From Dehalococcoidia bacterium (GTDB lineage: Bacteria; Chloroflexota; Dehalococcoidia; Lucifugimonadales; UBA3495), in contig JAKUQE010000012.1 in the NCBI GenBank assembly GCA_022450395.1, forward strand, positions 2,810-66,809: a stretch of 64,000 nt of DNA. The letters run 5' to 3'. The position numbers and the translations under genes are program-made. Positions 1 through 9,714 of this stretch are shown here, piece after piece. Numbering within the stretch: the stretch's first letter is position 1; each line of letters opens with the position of its first letter. Below the pieces are notes generated by a model. The model did no database searches. It was not told where the DNA came from and saw only the letters and a list, made by a program, of their open reading frames with translations.

Positions 1-230
1 CTTCCTATCCGGGTATGAAGGCAGGCGCAAGTTTCCGATTTTCGCGGGATATCAACACACCACCCAACCAAGCGGCGGCTTGGGAATTATTCATTGAACG
101 GTTAAAGGAACTGTCCGCCTACACCGGGTTTCTCCAAAGCAACGAGGTTGTGTCGACGGTGTTGGGACGGGTCAGAAGATCGTTGTCCCAATGTGCCGAT
201 CAGCTTGACAGTGTGAGACAGCAAAGTTAG
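1..230 (+). CDS. hypothetical protein, possibly 5'-truncated by the window edge
   Basis: ORF 15-230 stays open in frame back to nt 3. No recognisable motif. Confidence 0.3.
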   Translation, partial: SYPGMKAGASFRFSRDINTPPNQAAAWELFIERLKELSAYTGFLQSNEVVSTVLGRVRRSLSQCADQLDSVRQQS

Positions 231-318
231 CCTACGGCCATCCTCTGGCCAAGGTGCGGCCGTCTCGCGAACCGCATATAAAATTTTTTAGTATCCAGAC
301 GGCCTCTGAGGCAATCCG

Positions 319-3012
319 ATGATCTGCACAAGCTGTGGTTTTGACAATCCCGAAGGGATGAACTTCTGTGGCCGATGCTCCACGCCCCTCAGTTATCTGC
401 CCACCGGGGTAATTACCTACCTTTTTACCGACTTGGAAGGCAGCACCCAACTTTGGCAGGAGCACCCCGGCGAAATGAGCGGCGTGCTGGCCCGCCACGA
501 TGAATTGCTCACCTCCGTGATCGAAGAGCATGGGGGGATGGTTGTCAGGAGCCGCGGCGAAGGGGACAGTCTTTTCGCGGTGTTCGTTCGCGCCAGAGAC
601 GCGGCTGCCGCGGCCTGTGCCGTACAGCAAGCGATCCTCAAGGAACCCTGGCCGTTGGAGCTCTCCATCAAGGTCCGGATGGCTCTCCATACCGGAGAAT
701 CGGAGCTTAGGGAGCACGATTACTATGGTCCGGTGGTGAACCGATGCGCCCGCCTCAGGGGCATCGCCCATGGCGGCCAAGTCGTCCTGTCTCAGGCAAC
801 TTCGGAGTTGGTGCAGGATGCCTTGCCTGAAGGCGTGTCCCTGCGCGACATGGGTACGCATCGGCTCCGGGGGATGGAGCGGCCGGAGCAAGTGTTCCAG
901 CTTCTTCACCCAGACCTTCCCGCGGATTTCCCGGCCTTGGAATCGTTGGATGAGCACCGGCACAACCTGCCGGTCCAACTTACCAGTTTCATCGGACGGC
1001 AAGAAGAGATCGATGAAGTAACCAATATGCTTCCCACCGCTCGTCTTATCACTCTCGCGGGCGCGGGCGGTTCCGGTAAAACGAGGCTGGCTCAGGAGAT
1101 TGGCGCTGCGGTCATCGAAGTTTATCCCGGTGGCGTTTGGTTCATCGGGCTAGCCGCCCTGTCGGACCCCAATGTGTTGCAATCCCACGTAGCTGAAATC
1201 TTCGACGTCGGCCAAGACGCGCTTCACGGATATTTTCAAGGGAAAACAGTGCTCCTGATCCTGGACAACTGCGAGCACTTGATCGTCGGAGCAGCCTCAT
1301 TAGTCCAGTGGTTGCTTTCTTCCCCCGGTGTCTCCGTGCTCGCCACCAGCCGGGAGCCGCTGAACCTAACAGGAGAGCGGATGTACCAAGTGCCGCCGCT
1401 GCCCGTTCCCGTAGCCGCCGCCATCGATGACATATTGGTTGACTGCCCTTCGGTGCAACTCTTCCTAGAGCGGGCCCGGGCCGCGAGGCCCGATTTTGAG
1501 TTAACTTCTGGCAACGCGGGTTCCGTCAATCAGATCGTGCGAAGGCTCGACGGGATCCCCTTGGCGATTGAGCTGGCGGCGTCTCGGATGAAAATGATGC
1601 AACCGGCTCAGATCGCCAGCCGCCTGGATGATAGCTTTAAGATCCTGACCGGGGGGCCGGCCGATGCCTTGCCCCACCACCAGACCATCGAGCGGGCTAT
1701 CGACTGGAGCTACGACATGCTGGACCTGGAGCAACAGATGCTCTTCCGCCAGATCTCGGTGTTTCGCGGCGGCTTCAGCCTGGACGCCGGCAGCGCGGTC
1801 ATGGGAACCGAAGATGAGTTTGAGGCGCTGGATGCCATCGGCGAGTTGGTGGACAAATCCCTGGTGCGGACGATGCCCGCAGGCGAGGAAACACGGTACT
1901 ACATGCTGGAGCCGTTGCGGCAATACGCCGCTGTCCGGATCACCGCGGACGAGGCGGCAGAAGCGGGCGGCCGGCACGCCCGGTACTTCCAAGAATTCGC
2001 CGAGGGGGCCGCACCGGATCTTCACGGTCCCCGCCAGCTTGAATGGCTGGCGAGGCTGGAGACGGAACACGACAACCTCCGCGTAGCATTGGCGTGGGGA
2101 TTGGAGGCGGGAGACGCGGATCTAGGATTGCGCACCGTCACCGCATTGGCTTGGTTCTGGTTAGTGCGCCGCCACATGGCCGAGGCTATGGCTTGGTTCG
2201 ACCGGGTACTGGCTGCCCGCGGCGGCTCTTCAAGCGCGCGTGCATCAGCTCTGGTTCAATCCGGATTTACGGGCTCGGTGGAGCGTCATGATGACCTGGA
2301 GGGTTGTCTGGCGCAGATCCGTGAAGGACTGGCGCGGTTTGTTGATCTAGGAGACGAGCAAGGCGTAAAGACGGCCCAGACCTACGAAGCCGTGATTCTG
2401 TGGTTCCAGCGTGATTTGGAGGCCTCGAACCTTAAGCTCGTCGAGATCCAGGCGGCCCACCGTTCTTATGGGTTCGAGTGGGGAGATGCGTTTTGTGACT
2501 TCTTCTTGAGTTCATCTGCCTGGTTTGCGGGGAATCTCACCGAAGCGGGCGAGCATATCAATCGAGCATTGGAGATATTCCGGCGCATCGGTGACATAGG
2601 CATGATAGCCTGGGCGGGCGTTCGTCTGGGAAATACTTTACTAGAATCCGGCAGACTGGAAGAGGCCACCGCGCTTTATGAAGAGAGCCTTCCCATGATG
2701 GCCGATGTAGGCGACCGTTTAGGTGTGGGGACGGCTCAATTGGGGATCGGCCTCACCAAGCATTTCCAGGGCGAAACCGAATCGGCCAAACAGATGCTTG
2801 GCGAGGCGCAGATCAATCTCCGGGAGGGTGGAGGAGGTCAAGAGCTATCTTGGGCCATCTCCAACGCTCTGATCGATACATCTACCCAAGACCTACTGAT
2901 CGAGGCAACGGACCGGTACAAGAAGGGTCTGAACCTGCCACTTGACGAGTGGGTGGAGATGGTTTGTTCCGATGGGGAGGCGTGGCGGGGCCGGACTAGG
3001 TCCGGAGATTAG
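319..3012 (+). CDS. signalling protein: zinc ribbon + class III adenylate/guanylate cyclase domain + STAND P-loop NTPase + TPR-like repeats
   Basis: N-terminal CxxC...CxxC (MICTSCGF..FCGRC). Cyclase-type YLFTDLEGSTQLW..GDSLFAVF. Walker A GAGGSGKTRLA and Walker B LLILDNCEH. Helical repeats run to the C-terminus. No LuxR HTH. Confidence 0.85.
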   Translation: MICTSCGFDNPEGMNFCGRCSTPLSYLPTGVITYLFTDLEGSTQLWQEHPGEMSGVLARHDELLTSVIEEHGGMVVRSRGEGDSLFAVFVRARDAAAAACAVQQAILKEPWPLELSIKVRMALHTGESELREHDYYGPVVNRCARLRGIAHGGQVVLSQATSELVQDALPEGVSLRDMGTHRLRGMERPEQVFQLLHPDLPADFPALESLDEHRHNLPVQLTSFIGRQEEIDEVTNMLPTARLITLAGAGGSGKTRLAQEIGAAVIEVYPGGVWFIGLAALSDPNVLQSHVAEIFDVGQDALHGYFQGKTVLLILDNCEHLIVGAASLVQWLLSSPGVSVLATSREPLNLTGERMYQVPPLPVPVAAAIDDILVDCPSVQLFLERARAARPDFELTSGNAGSVNQIVRRLDGIPLAIELAASRMKMMQPAQIASRLDDSFKILTGGPADALPHHQTIERAIDWSYDMLDLEQQMLFRQISVFRGGFSLDAGSAVMGTEDEFEALDAIGELVDKSLVRTMPAGEETRYYMLEPLRQYAAVRITADEAAEAGGRHARYFQEFAEGAAPDLHGPRQLEWLARLETEHDNLRVALAWGLEAGDADLGLRTVTALAWFWLVRRHMAEAMAWFDRVLAARGGSSSARASALVQSGFTGSVERHDDLEGCLAQIREGLARFVDLGDEQGVKTAQTYEAVILWFQRDLEASNLKLVEIQAAHRSYGFEWGDAFCDFFLSSSAWFAGNLTEAGEHINRALEIFRRIGDIGMIAWAGVRLGNTLLESGRLEEATALYEESLPMMADVGDRLGVGTAQLGIGLTKHFQGETESAKQMLGEAQINLREGGGGQELSWAISNALIDTSTQDLLIEATDRYKKGLNLPLDEWVEMVCSDGEAWRGRTRSGD

Positions 3013-3055
3013 AGTGTAGGCCAGCTACGCCCAAACCGGCGAGCCGAAATCCCCC

Positions 3056-3084
3056 AAAGTCCCCCTTTACGAAAGGGGGACTTT
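3056..3084 (+). terminator. 13-bp stem hairpin AAAGTCCCCCTTT-acg-AAAGGGGGACTTT followed by gttgttctt; member of a short G/C hairpin repeat family
   Basis: Perfect inverted repeat read directly, 44 nt after the stop of the cyclase-STAND gene. Confidence 0.6.
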
Positions 3085-3091
3085 GTTGTTC

Positions 3092-3286
3092 TTAGGAGAC
3101 AGCTAGTTGAGATCGCTGGATCGGGGCCGGTTCGCCTTGAACCATATGGTGGTCCACCCATTGCATGGCTTCCCGGGTCGTGGCACAGGCAGCCAACTCG
3201 ACACGCTTTGGCCGGCGGCCGAAAACGGTGTAGCAGATAGACCGGAATTCCCGGTGAATGACGTAGCCTCGATAGAATAAGTTCAT
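3092..3286 (-). CDS. small hypothetical protein (64 aa)
   Basis: Strong SD GGAAGGAGAGG 8 nt upstream of the ATG. No family recognised. Confidence 0.5.
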   Translation of the reverse strand: MNLFYRGYVIHREFRSICYTVFGRRPKRVELAACATTREAMQWVDHHMVQGEPAPIQRSQLAVS

Positions 3287-3615
3287 AAATATTGCCTCTC
3301 CTTCCTCCGCCCTTCCGCATAAAAAACAACTTGTGGCGGTCTGGGAAACACATGTTCTAATAAACCGGGCGGCTAGTCAATGAGGAAGTGTCAGGCGGGG
3401 AGGTGGGGTGTTGGTATCGAGGAAAGTAGTAGGTGGGGTCGCCGGCCATCCCAGCTAGAAAACCTTGAAGCTAATCGGCTTCCTGAGTGGAAAGCTTGCG
3501 GATAGGCAAAAACAGCGTCCTCAAAACAGCATTGCGTCCTGTCAAAGTGAGGCTTGCCCCCGGAGGATCGTTGCCTTAAGAAGCAACCGACAGTAGGAAT
3601 CAGATTAGCCTTGGG

Positions 3616-5751
3616 CTAGCCTACCCCAGCCACCTTATAGATTACGTCGCTGTTTAGGTTGGCGATAAACAAGTTGCCGGAAGCATCGAATACGATACCT
3701 TGGGGTCCGCCGAATCCGGTGCCAAAGGAAGACACACTGCCTCCCGGAGTGATCTTGGTTATGGTGCCTTGAGTGGGGTCGGCATTGGTGGCATAGACAT
3801 TTCCGGCGCCATCGGTTACCAGGTCCATGATGGCCCCGGTGAGGGTCGCGAAATTCGTAGCCGCCCCTCCGCCGATAGGCGCCACCATTACTTGGCCGGT
3901 CCTGCTGCCCGCATACAACCGTCCAGCCGGGTCAAAAGCTATTCCATCCGGATTATTCAACCCCGTAGCGTATGTCGTCACATCACCGCTCGGGGTGATC
4001 TTAGACACGATACCCGCATTGACCTGGGCCGCGTATATGTTCCCCGACGTATCGCCTGTGATTCCCGAGATTCCGGCAAGGGTGGCGATTAAAGTTTTAC
4101 TGCCTCCCCCGTTAATATCAAACCTATATATGTGACCGACAGATTGACTGACCCAACCACCCACGAAAAGCTCCCCGGTCATCGGGTCGAAGTATATGTC
4201 TATTAAATCAACGCCCCCCAGCGCCACGGATTTAATCACATTGCCCGCTGGGCCGAACATGGTTGCGATGCCGCCGACCCTGTTGATGGTGTATATGTTT
4301 CCATTTGGATCAACGGTGATTCCAGTCGGGTCCGTGATTTCAGGCGCGAAAACAGTGACCGTGAATCCCGGGACCAGTGGCCCGGATTCCGGCGTGGGGG
4401 TCGGCGTGGGTGGTAACGGCGTGGGTGTGGGAGGTACGGGAGTGGGCGTCGGAGGGACCGGCGCAGGTGTGGGAGGCACGGGGGTAGGCGGCACCGGCGT
4501 GGGAGTAGCGGTTGGCGTCGGGACTTGGGTGGGCACCGGCCTCGGGGTTGGGGTAGCCGTAGCGGCAGGTGCGAGAGTGGGAGTGGGAGTGGGAGTGGGA
4601 GTGGTGGTAGGAGTGGAAGTGGCAAAATGAACCAGAGTCGGCATTGGAACTCGCGTGGCCGAAGGCGTTCGGGTAGGGGTGGGTGTGGCGAGAGGGGTGC
4701 GAGGAGGATTGTCATCGATCCGTTGGATGATTCGTTGATCGATGAGCCGGGCGATTCTGGCTACGTCGTCCAAGTGGATCTGGCCGCGCAGGCCTCCGGC
4801 GATCAGTTGGGCGGCTATCCGGCCCTGGGCAAACCACAGCATATAGACGTCTAGATTGATCGCGGCCGATTGAACCCTCATCAAGAAACCCGCTGTAGCA
4901 TCGCCGATGGCCGGAAGGTCTATGGCCTCGACCACAACATTCTCTGAACTAAATCCGGCCCCTTCCGCGAATGCCGGACCTGCCAGTTGGGCGAACAGCT
5001 GAGGGTCCATGGCTCTCATCACCAGAACCGGCGCACTGGCATCGGAGGAGGTGGCGTACATCTCGACGGTGCTGCTGAGATTGCTCAACTGAGATAACCC
5101 TAGAGTGAAGAACAACCCCTCTGCCTCAAATTCCCGCTCGTACGTAAGGAGGGCGTCGGTATCTTCGACGTAGCCTTCTCCTCCGATGATGGCCCCGGGA
5201 GCTATGTCCGCCAAAGTAGGCAATAGGGCGGGCAGGTTGTTGGTGTCGGTGGAGGCCGTTGGCACGGGGGTCAGGGTGCGGACCGGGGTAGGCGTGGTTT
5301 CGGGGGGCCGCGTCGGTGGTACGGAGGCCGGTGGCATGGCGGTGGCTCGTACGGCGGCGGAAGGTGCGAGGGTGGATGGTGCGGCGGCGGGAGGCACGGC
5401 GATGACCCGCACCAACCTCACTATCACAGTGTGGCTGGAGTTCATGTCTATCTTGGCGGACACTCCAACTTCGTCGTAAACCGGTCCAGCCCATTAATCA
5501 ACTTGCCAGCCCTTCTTGGGCAATATATCGATCGTCACCGTGCGGCCACGCACATATCGTCCACCGTCGATGGGCGTGGGATTGAGGAGAACATCCGCTG
5601 CTTCGGGAGGGTCCGCTCTGATTTCCAATTCGTGGGTGATTGTTATTGGTGTCGGCGTAGGTGCAGGCGGTGGGACGGGCGTCGGTACGACGGCGCATGC
5701 CACCCCGGCCAGAGACGCAATAATCACCAACGAGACAATCAGACGTTGCAT
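3616..5751 (-). pseudogene. secreted Pro/Thr-linker + NHL-repeat beta-propeller protein, interrupted by in-frame TAA (5494-5496)
   Basis: ORF 5494-5751 (signal peptide MQRLIVSLVIIASLAGVAC) and ORF 3616-5463 share one frame and are separated by a single TAA. The text runs on across the stop (..ILPKKGWQVD*WAGPVYDEV..). The C-terminus has NHL-like repeats (GIAFDPAGRLYA, GIVFDASGNLFIAN). Two PTPTP linkers. Confidence 0.7.
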
Positions 5752-5842
5752 TAAGGCCCCTTGTACAGAGTAGGCGGGTTGGGGTTGGGGCAGAATCGTC
5801 TAAGCCCGGACACAGCCGCCGAAAGTATTATGGCAGAACCAT

Positions 5843-7093
5843 CTAGGCGCCGGCGCTATCTAGGAACTCCTGCATGGGTTTGGTTTCCTGGGTGGATGCC
5901 TGCATGTCGCGAATCATGACTACGCCCTGCTCGATCTCGTCGTCCCCCAAGATCGCGGTGTAGGGGATTCCGAGAGCGTTGGCTTGGCGCATCTGCCCCC
6001 GTAGCCCACGGGAGCCGCTGCTCAGGATGGCTCCCACCCCGTTGGCCCGTAGCCGGGCGGCCAGCTCCAATGCGGCCGGGCGGGCGGCATCGCCCACGTT
6101 GGCCACCAGGTACTTGGGAGAAGGTTCATCGGGCACTTCCACTCCGCCGCGCTCCAGGTTCAAGGCCAGGCGCTCCATACCGGTGGCGAAGCCGATTCCC
6201 GGAGTGGAACGGCCACCCAGACTCTCGATCAGTCCGTCGTAACGGCCGCCGCCGCAGATGGTGGACTGAGCGCCCCCTTCCAGGGGCTGAATCTCGAAGA
6301 CGGTGCGGCTGTAGTAATCCAGACCACGCACCAGCCGGTGGTCGATCTCGTAGGGTATAGCCACGGCGTTAAGGTATCCCCTAAGGCTGGACCAGTGGTC
6401 CTGGCAGGCTTGGCACAGATTGTCCGAAGACCGGGGCGCTTCATCTCCCAGAGCCCGGCAGGTTTCAACCTTGCAATCCAAGAGACGAAGGGGGTTGCGG
6501 TCCAGACGCTGCCGGCATTCGGCGCAGAGCTTGCTCTCGTGACCCTGGTAATAGTTCTTCAGTTCGCCAACGTATGCCGGGCGGCATTCAGTGTCGCCGA
6601 TGCTGTTGACCAGCAAACTGGTGTCTTTCAGCCCCAGGGAGAGCATTAAACGCCAAGCCAGTTCGATGACCTCGGCGTCCACCGAAGGGTCGGCGTCTCC
6701 CAGCACTTCCACGCCGAACTGATGGTGCTCGCGAAATCGCCCAGCTTGAGGCCGTTCGTAGCGAAACACCGGGCAGAAGTAGTACATCCGCACCGGCTGG
6801 GGCAGGTTGTGCATGCCGTGTTCTAAATAGGCCCGGCAGACTGGGGCGGTGCCCTCGGGTCGCAGTGTCACTTGGTCGCCACCCCGGTCCTCGAAGGTGT
6901 ACATCTCCTTTTCCACGATGTCCGTGCCTTCCCCCACTGATCGGACGAACAGGTTCGCGTCCTCGAACACCGGAGTGTCGATCCGGCCAAAGCCATATTG
7001 CCTAGCCAGGTCTACGGCTTTGGATTCGATGTATCTCCAATACTTTTGGTCCTGGGGGAGCAGGTCGTTGGTGCCTCTGGGCGCTTGGAACAA
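5843..7093 (-). CDS. hisS: histidine--tRNA ligase
   Basis: MFQAPRGTNDLLP N-terminus, class II motifs, 416 aa. Confidence 0.95.
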   Translation of the reverse strand: MFQAPRGTNDLLPQDQKYWRYIESKAVDLARQYGFGRIDTPVFEDANLFVRSVGEGTDIVEKEMYTFEDRGGDQVTLRPEGTAPVCRAYLEHGMHNLPQPVRMYYFCPVFRYERPQAGRFREHHQFGVEVLGDADPSVDAEVIELAWRLMLSLGLKDTSLLVNSIGDTECRPAYVGELKNYYQGHESKLCAECRQRLDRNPLRLLDCKVETCRALGDEAPRSSDNLCQACQDHWSSLRGYLNAVAIPYEIDHRLVRGLDYYSRTVFEIQPLEGGAQSTICGGGRYDGLIESLGGRSTPGIGFATGMERLALNLERGGVEVPDEPSPKYLVANVGDAARPAALELAARLRANGVGAILSSGSRGLRGQMRQANALGIPYTAILGDDEIEQGVVMIRDMQASTQETKPMQEFLDSAGA

Positions 7094-7193
7094 GGTCTTT
7101 AGTCTCCTTGATTGATGGCGTTAAGACGGCCCATTATAGGCGGTCATGGTGGAGGTGGAATCCGTCGCGGATCCAGTGAAATGATGCTGGCGA

Positions 7194-8429
7194 TCAGACA
7201 ACCCGGTCCGTCTCCATGCCCAGGAGTTGATCCTCGGTTAGTCCACCGATGGAACACAGAATGTCACGGTTGTGTTCGCCCAACAAGGGCGGAGGACCGG
7301 TAGGGGTGTCGGGGCAGGCGGTAAGGTTGATGGGCGTGTTGGCGGTCCGGAATGAGCCCCCCATGGTGTCGCCGCAGTCGACGAACATCTTGCGAGCCTC
7401 CAGGTGGGGGCACTGGTCCAGGTCGGCGGTGTTCTGCACCATTCCCATTGAGTAACCGATCTCAATGAGCTGCTCGGCCACCTCCCTTTTCGACAAGTGT
7501 TGGGACCACTCCTCGATGGCGGGGACGATGTTCTCGAAGTAGAACTCGCCGCTGATACCCTTGCCCAGATACCGGGGGTCCTGGATCAGGTCTTCCCGGC
7601 CCAGGAACTGCCAAAGAGCGACCCACTTTTCCTCGTCGCCGGCCCCGGCCAGCACCGCGTACCCATCGTTGGTTTTCAGCGCCAGTTGGGCGCTGAACAT
7701 GTTCTCCCTGGCCCGGCTGCTGCTTTGGCCGGTTAATTGGTACAGGGGCATGCTGCTGGTGGTGTGGGCCACCATGCAGTCGTACATGGCCATGTCCACA
7801 TGCTGTCCCTTGCCCGTCTTGTGCCGGGCTTCCAAGGCCAACATGACGCCCAGGGCGGACCACACTCCGGGTACGGTGTCGCCGATGTTGTCGCCTACCA
7901 TCTGCGGCGCCCCGCCGTGGGCTCCGGTGATCTCCATCCAGCCGCCCATGCCCTGAACGCAAGGGTTGTTGGCCGGCCACTGGGAGTAGGGGCCTTGCAT
8001 ATCATCGGAGTCGCCGTAGCCGGTGATGCTGGCGTAGATCAGGCCGGGGTTCAATTCGGAGAGGACTTCATAGCCTAGGCCCAGCCGGCGAAGTGCGCCG
8101 GGACCCCAGTTGTCCAGAAGGATGTCAGACTCTTTGACCATCTTCTCGAACGCGGATCTGCATCGGGGGTCGCGTAGGTCTAGAGTCACGCTTTTCTTGT
8201 TGCGGTTGACGCCCAGGTATCTCACGGAGACTTTCTGCCCATTGGGTCCGTCCTTGAAGGGGGTATTGATCCGTGATCGATCACCGACTCCGGGCCGTTC
8301 CACTTTGATAACTTCGGCGCCCATGTCGGCAAATATCATCGAGCAGAAGGGACCAGCCACGATGTGGGTTAGGTCCAAGACCCGGATGCCTTCCAGGGGC
8401 AAGGGTAGCTTTTCGCCGTTAGCCGTCAT
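7194..8429 (-). CDS. family III CoA-transferase (CaiB/BaiF-like)
   Basis: LEGIRVLDLTHIVAGPFCSMIFADMGAEVIKVERP signature, 411 aa. Confidence 0.9.
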   Translation of the reverse strand: MTANGEKLPLPLEGIRVLDLTHIVAGPFCSMIFADMGAEVIKVERPGVGDRSRINTPFKDGPNGQKVSVRYLGVNRNKKSVTLDLRDPRCRSAFEKMVKESDILLDNWGPGALRRLGLGYEVLSELNPGLIYASITGYGDSDDMQGPYSQWPANNPCVQGMGGWMEITGAHGGAPQMVGDNIGDTVPGVWSALGVMLALEARHKTGKGQHVDMAMYDCMVAHTTSSMPLYQLTGQSSSRARENMFSAQLALKTNDGYAVLAGAGDEEKWVALWQFLGREDLIQDPRYLGKGISGEFYFENIVPAIEEWSQHLSKREVAEQLIEIGYSMGMVQNTADLDQCPHLEARKMFVDCGDTMGGSFRTANTPINLTACPDTPTGPPPLLGEHNRDILCSIGGLTEDQLLGMETDRVV

Positions 8430-8439
8430 AGTTAAACCT

Positions 8440-9024
8440 TTATTGATCGTAGGTAGGGATCTGTAGTCCTAGACCGGCGGCTATGTACCGTTTCATGTTC
8501 TCCACGTAGATGCCGGTGGGGTCTTCCAACCGCTTCTGGTGTTCTTCGGTCAGCGGACGCACCTTGCCGGGCACGCCCAACACCAGTGAGTTGTCGGGGA
8601 TAACGCTGTCGGCCAGCACCAAGGCGGACGCGCCGATGAGCACGTAGTTACCGACTTTGGCGCTCTCCAGAATGGCGGCGTTCATGCCGATCAGCACGTT
8701 GTTTCCGACGATGCCGCCGTGGATAACCGCTCCGTGGGTCATCAGAACATTGTCGCCCAGCTCCAGATAGTCGTCGGTATGCAGGACGCAGTTATCCTGG
8801 ATGGAGCAGGCTTTTCCGATGATTATCTTACCGTAGTCGCCTCGAATCACGGCGCCCGGCCAGATGCTGGTGTCCTCGCCGATCTCAACGTCGCCGACGA
8901 TATAAGCAGTCTCACTGACGAAACAGGAGGGATGGATCTTTGGAGTTTTTCCATCGAGGCTGCGAATCACGGGGACCTCCGGTGTTGCTGATTGGGCCTT
9001 TGCCCTTCCGGTAAAAGGATACAC
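8440..9024 (-). CDS. gamma-carbonic-anhydrase-like hexapeptide-repeat protein (CaiE/PaaY-like)
   Basis: Left-handed beta-helix repeats: IVGDVEIGEDTSIWPGAVIRGD, HGAVIHGGIVGNNVLIG. Start codon uncertain. Confidence 0.85.
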   Translation of the reverse strand: MYPFTGRAKAQSATPEVPVIRSLDGKTPKIHPSCFVSETAYIVGDVEIGEDTSIWPGAVIRGDYGKIIIGKACSIQDNCVLHTDDYLELGDNVLMTHGAVIHGGIVGNNVLIGMNAAILESAKVGNYVLIGASALVLADSVIPDNSLVLGVPGKVRPLTEEHQKRLEDPTGIYVENMKRYIAAGLGLQIPTYDQ

Positions 9025-9078
9025 GGTGACTGGGACTATCGCCAGGGGAATTTTCGAGCAGTCAGCTATCAGCGGTCA

Positions 9079-9115
9079 GGGGAAAATCCCCCCAACCCCC
9101 CTTTATGAAAGGGGG
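9079..9115. repeat. G/C hairpin repeat (GGGGaaaatCCCC + CCCCCTTT-atg-AAAGGGGG), same family as 3041-3084
   Basis: Shares AAATCCCCC..CCCCCTTTAYGAAAGGGGG with the copy at 3048-3080. Lies just downstream of the VTT-domain gene on the minus strand. Confidence 0.55.
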
Positions 9116-9126
9116 CGAAACACGGT

Positions 9127-9714
9127 CTACAAGCCGAAGACTTGGGTGAGCCAGGCTAGGCTGTATTTGCAGGCGTAGGCGAAGGTGATGAACTTGATTG
9201 TCTTGCCCACCCAAACTACGCTCAGGAAGCCCCAAAGAGGGTACCGGAGGGCGCCGGCGGCGATGCCGACGATGTCGAAGATGGGGTTGGGCACCAGCGA
9301 AACCAAGAACAAGGGAAGCCAGCCCCGGCGGCGCACCAAGGACTCCAGCCGATTGTATAGGCGATACCTCCGGGCCATGTCTCGTCCGCTGTAACCCAGA
9401 AAGTACCCGGTTAGTTCGCCCACACTCTCGCTGGTCCCGGCGATGAGGCCCAAGAGCGCTGGGTTTAGGAAAATGGCCCCCGCGCATACCGCTCCCAAGG
9501 CGGGCACCGGAATTATCAGACCGGCGCTGGCGATCAGTGATGCCAGGGCCACTCCGCCGTAGCCTGCCTGAGCTGGGGTCAATTGATCCCGCAGTAAAAA
9601 GGCGGACGCCGAGGCGGCCAGGACCGCTAGGAGTATCCCGATCCGAATAAGGGTGCCGGGATTACGCCAATCCCACCGGGCGGGCGCGGAAAGCACCCGG
9701 ACCAAGCTGTTCAT
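9127..9714 (-). CDS. VTT/DedA-like (TVP38/TMEM64-type) membrane protein
   Basis: Multi-TM. GYFLGYSGRD..LVPNPIFDIVGIAAGALRYP resembles the VTT domain. 4-nt overlap with the upstream gene. Confidence 0.65.
   Translation of the reverse strand: MNSLVRVLSAPARWDWRNPGTLIRIGILLAVLAASASAFLLRDQLTPAQAGYGGVALASLIASAGLIIPVPALGAVCAGAIFLNPALLGLIAGTSESVGELTGYFLGYSGRDMARRYRLYNRLESLVRRRGWLPLFLVSLVPNPIFDIVGIAAGALRYPLWGFLSVVWVGKTIKFITFAYACKYSLAWLTQVFGL

Noticed and set aside
232-1002. Long antisense ORFs such as 232-1002(-), 1501-2070(-), 11509-12304(+), 14042-14749(+), 24106-24950(-), 27392-28294(+), 46890-47754 and 50835-51497(-)
   Set aside because: They lie opposite strongly supported genes. They have Arg/Pro/Gly-rich compositions typical of off-frame translation of high-GC DNA, and they lack SDs.
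3009-3353. Track ORFs 3009-3353(-), 9062-9487(-) and 44968-45183(-) with shared P-F/P-x-K-G-G-like peptides as a conserved small protein family
   Set aside because: The shared peptide is simply the translation of the G/C hairpin repeat. The ORFs otherwise overlap better-supported genes or have no SD.
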